From: Lingula anatina
Taxonomy: Eukaryota; Animalia; Brachiopoda
Reading direction: 5' to 3'
Assembly: GCA_051362555.1 (NCBI GenBank)
Contig: CM120644.1
Coordinates: 13,290,567-13,354,566 of the forward strand
Length of the DNA stretch: 64,000 nt
The position numbers were made by a program, and so were the translations under genes. Positions 61,214-64,000 of the stretch are shown here, one piece after another. How positions within the stretch are numbered: position 1 is the stretch's first letter; each line of letters starts with the position of its first letter. The notes under the pieces were generated by a model, which saw only the letters and a list, made by a program, of their open reading frames with translations, was not told where the DNA came from and searched no databases.

Positions 61214-62182
61214 CTATTTCCCTCTTAAATGCTCTAAGCGACAGAATACATTTTCAAAAGCGGTGCAATATGGTTTGTTTGTCTTTTGGCGCTTGTGAAA
61301 CTCCGAAAGTACATCAATGTCAAGGATGAAGTGGTCACTGCGCTTGCGCCGTGAAGACTTCTGCGTAGGATCGTGGTTATCACGTGCTGTTGTTCCTCGA
61401 AAAAATTCGGTGGTAATTTGAGGTGGTTTCTTGCTCACGGTCCATTTCCAAACCGCTCTGTCAATTTTGTGCTTCGATAGGATTTTCGGCATGAGGGTAT
61501 TTTTAAGCGGTAGTGCTGCAGTCGGCAAAAGTGCTAAGAATTGCCAAAAAAGTACATTATTATTATAAAACATTCATTTCTTCCAAGGGAACATAAACTA
61601 TCGAAAAAAATACAAAAATATTTGTAGTCAGTGAATTTTGCCAATTATTTTTTTATTAGTTATGCTTTTAATACAACTTTTATAATTGTTCCAAGCCTTA
61701 TACTTTTTAAACGTGTTATTGAAAACATCAAATAACTGTATAAAGAGCTTCCGGGAGCGCATCCATTCGGCGAAAATTACCTTTTGATACAAAGTTAGTG
61801 TATCAAACAATCTTCTGTTAATTTTAAAAGGGTGTGCGATATTCTCTTGATCCGTTAAAAATTTGTCACTGTGAATTTGCTTTCAAGAAATTACTTCTGA
61901 ACCTAACCATGAAAATTATCATCCAAGCATTTACGTAAAAAGCAAACGCAAGATATTTGTATTGGGTTTCGTTGTCTACTGTCAGTTTTTCTTTACTTTA
62001 TTTTTTACGTTTCCTGTCGTGTTAAATGTAATATTTTGGGGTTTATATCGTCACGGGACGAAGAGCATTGAATGAATGAATTACAAAACACATCTATTAA
62101 CCTTCATGTACGTTTACTTACCGCTAAAGTAAATCACGAAGACAAACGCTATTGCAAAACCTGGCAGGACACGCGCTGGCAT
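61214..62182 (-). CDS. Putative prepropeptide B, 126 aa; predicted C-terminal peptide QKTNKPYCTAFENVFCRLEHLR-amide
   Basis: Exon 62182-62122 (MPARVLPGFAIAFVFVIYFS, donor G|GTAAGT), phase-1 intron, exon 61533-61214 (acceptor TTCTTAG). Contains RRKR and KR sites and a terminal GK amidation signal. ATTAAA on the minus strand at 60996-60991. Confidence 0.8.
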
Positions 62183-62510
62183 TCTGACGCGGAATTTCCT
62201 TCTTCCTGAGCGGCAAGACAATCACTGTACCTACTTTTTAGTGAACGTGGAATATGGCATCGAAATAAATCATCACTTATATTTGTTATGATATTTCCGG
62301 TCTTAATATGATTACGATAGCACGTGAGGTTGGTTTTCTATTACCTTTCTAAAGATTCGTCTCAGTGACGCCAATAGGTATCATGTAAGGTGTATTGTCA
62401 CATATTGTATTGCTATCACAAGAACTTCACTTACATTGATTAAAATCGCAGCCAAGACACGATTCGACCATAATTCCAGGAGGTTTACTCCCAGTCGTTA
62501 TCAGGGACAA

Positions 62511-62572
<62 letters not shown>

Positions 62573-63279
62573 AGACATACTGATGTCATCTTATGTAAGG
62601 CGCACTGAGAGTGTAGTGCGTTTACAAGAACAAAACTCAAGTTTTGTTTCTTTTTTCTTTCTTTCTTTCTTTCTTTAATCGTAGTCACGAAAGTACAGTT
62701 AAGAGGGCTTTTTTCGTTTAAATTCATAATAACCTGATAGTCACCACCTCAGTGGGAGTCCACCTCGGCACAGCTTCGACTCAGTCGATGAAATGACATC
62801 AAACAGAATGGTTTATAAGCCGGGAAGGCAGGCAGGCGTTCCTTGGACGGAATGTCATGTAGGTTTAAATCCAAAATATCAATGGTTAAGGCAAGGGTTT
62901 TGATACGGAGGTGAAGCAATGCACATGTAAAACAGTAGGCCTACATGACTTTTTATATAATACATGTACACTGTATGTAGGTCACAGTAAAGGAAATTGC
63001 TTGATTTTGTCTCCTTTCCCCTGATCATATACTGTTTTTGACTTTTATTCACGTTGATTTTATTATATTTTACTTTTCTTTTAATTCATATATCTTAAGT
63101 TCAATTGATTGATAGAATCGGAGGAGAGAACAGGAAGATCCTTCGTAGCAGATGGAGAAAACTGTCAGGTGTGCCCACGTTAGAATTTTCCATTGATTCA
63201 CCCACAGAAAGTAGCCCAAAGTATGACTCACGGGAAAACATTGTTTGAAACGCTTGCATTTGTAGCCATAACACATGAA

Positions 63280-63560
63280 GTCATGAATGTAAAATTAATA
63301 TATAGGAATAAATTAACTAACGTTGTTAAAACTGCAAGCAAGATTATCGGACAGGATCTCCCCAAGCTGTATGATATTTTTAAAAACAGAATGGAGAAAA
63401 GAACTGGATACACGATGAAAGATTATTCTCACCCAACATCATCACTTTTTACGTATTTACCAAGCAATAGTAGACTGTTAACTTTTAAAGGCAGTAAACG
63501 CTTGAAAAAAAAAAACAGATTTTAACCAAGTGCAGTAATTTGATCTCAAAACCAAATTCC
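63280..63560 (+). mobile_element. 5'-truncated LINE remnant (C-terminus of a Rex1/Babar-type ORF2)
   Basis: RNKLTNVVKTASKIIGQDLPKLYDIFKNR...KDYSHPTSSLFTYLPSNSRL resembles, from recall rather than a search, the RxxLQRVVxxAxxIIG..LP.L.DI...DxxHP...LF.LLPSGRR tail of Rex1/Babar elements. It decays into stops near 63525. Confidence 0.7.
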
Positions 63561-63921
63561 AAATTTATCTATTGTATTACTTTTACTCTATATATTATCG
63601 AACTCCAAAAGGAAAATTATTTCCGATTTTTATAATTGGCTAAATAAACTCTTATCTCTCTTATCCCTTAGAAATAAAAGTGAAATAAACATACAGAGTA
63701 ATTTTGATTTTGCTTTATATATCAAGTTCATTAAGTGCCCAGAGAATTTGGAAATGTATGTTTGAACCTTTTTTTATCTGCACACTTATGTCTACCCTCC
63801 TTCCGTTTTGAACTTTCCTCTCCAGTTGCTTCTGTTGTCTTTACCCTCAAGTTCTCTTCTTCTTCTCATCAAGAAGGTGTTTATGCCAATGTTAAGCCCA
63901 TTCAATTTTCTCACATTTATA

Positions 63922-63957
<36 letters not shown>

Positions 63958-64000
63958 CACAATTACCAATAACAGACATTGCGACAGTAGGACAAATGTA

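Noticed and set aside
61534-61573. Single-exon start MFYNNNVLFWQFL for prepropeptide B
   Set aside because: This stretch is the polypyrimidine tract and acceptor. A better signal-peptide exon with a GTAAGT donor lies at 62182-62122 and mirrors paralogue A.
63070-63280. Minus-strand ORFs next to the LINE fragment
   Set aside because: No motifs, no convincing splice sites, and no third copy of the CTAxExVxC peptide.

Overview
AT-rich, intron-rich animal genomic DNA. An invertebrate, probably a lophotrochozoan or mollusc, is inferred from gene content and repeats; this is not proven. I reconstructed seven protein-coding loci by hand using GT-AG boundaries and phase continuity. (1) The 5' part of an intronless LRR/Toll-like-receptor-type gene (-) with a 1-bp frameshift, running off the left edge. 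(2) A Ral GTPase (-). (3) MED1 (+, 16 coding exons, 1912 aa), head-to-head with Ral across a short bidirectional promoter with YY1-, ZNF143- and CTCF-like motifs. (4) A secreted CAP-EGF-EGF-ShKT protein (+, 9 exons, 354 aa). (5) A stand-alone NHL-repeat gene (-) nested in intron 3 of the CAP gene. (6, 7) Two convergent two-exon prepropeptide genes sharing a C-terminal disulfide-ring peptide, CTA[YF]E[SN]V[IF]CxLxxL, that I cannot assign to any known family. The best candidates for something undescribed are this peptide gene pair and the Ral locus. Ral carries a hidden alternative last exon ending in KKKKKKK-CILM (KRAS4B-like, farnesyl-type) in addition to the usual CIIL exon. It also has a candidate internal TATA promoter giving a 32-aa N-terminal extension. 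Intergenic and intronic DNA holds many non-autonomous DNA transposons (Harbinger-, Kolobok-, hAT- and P-like), a LINE 3' fragment and simple repeats. No rRNA, tRNA or CRISPR features were recognised.
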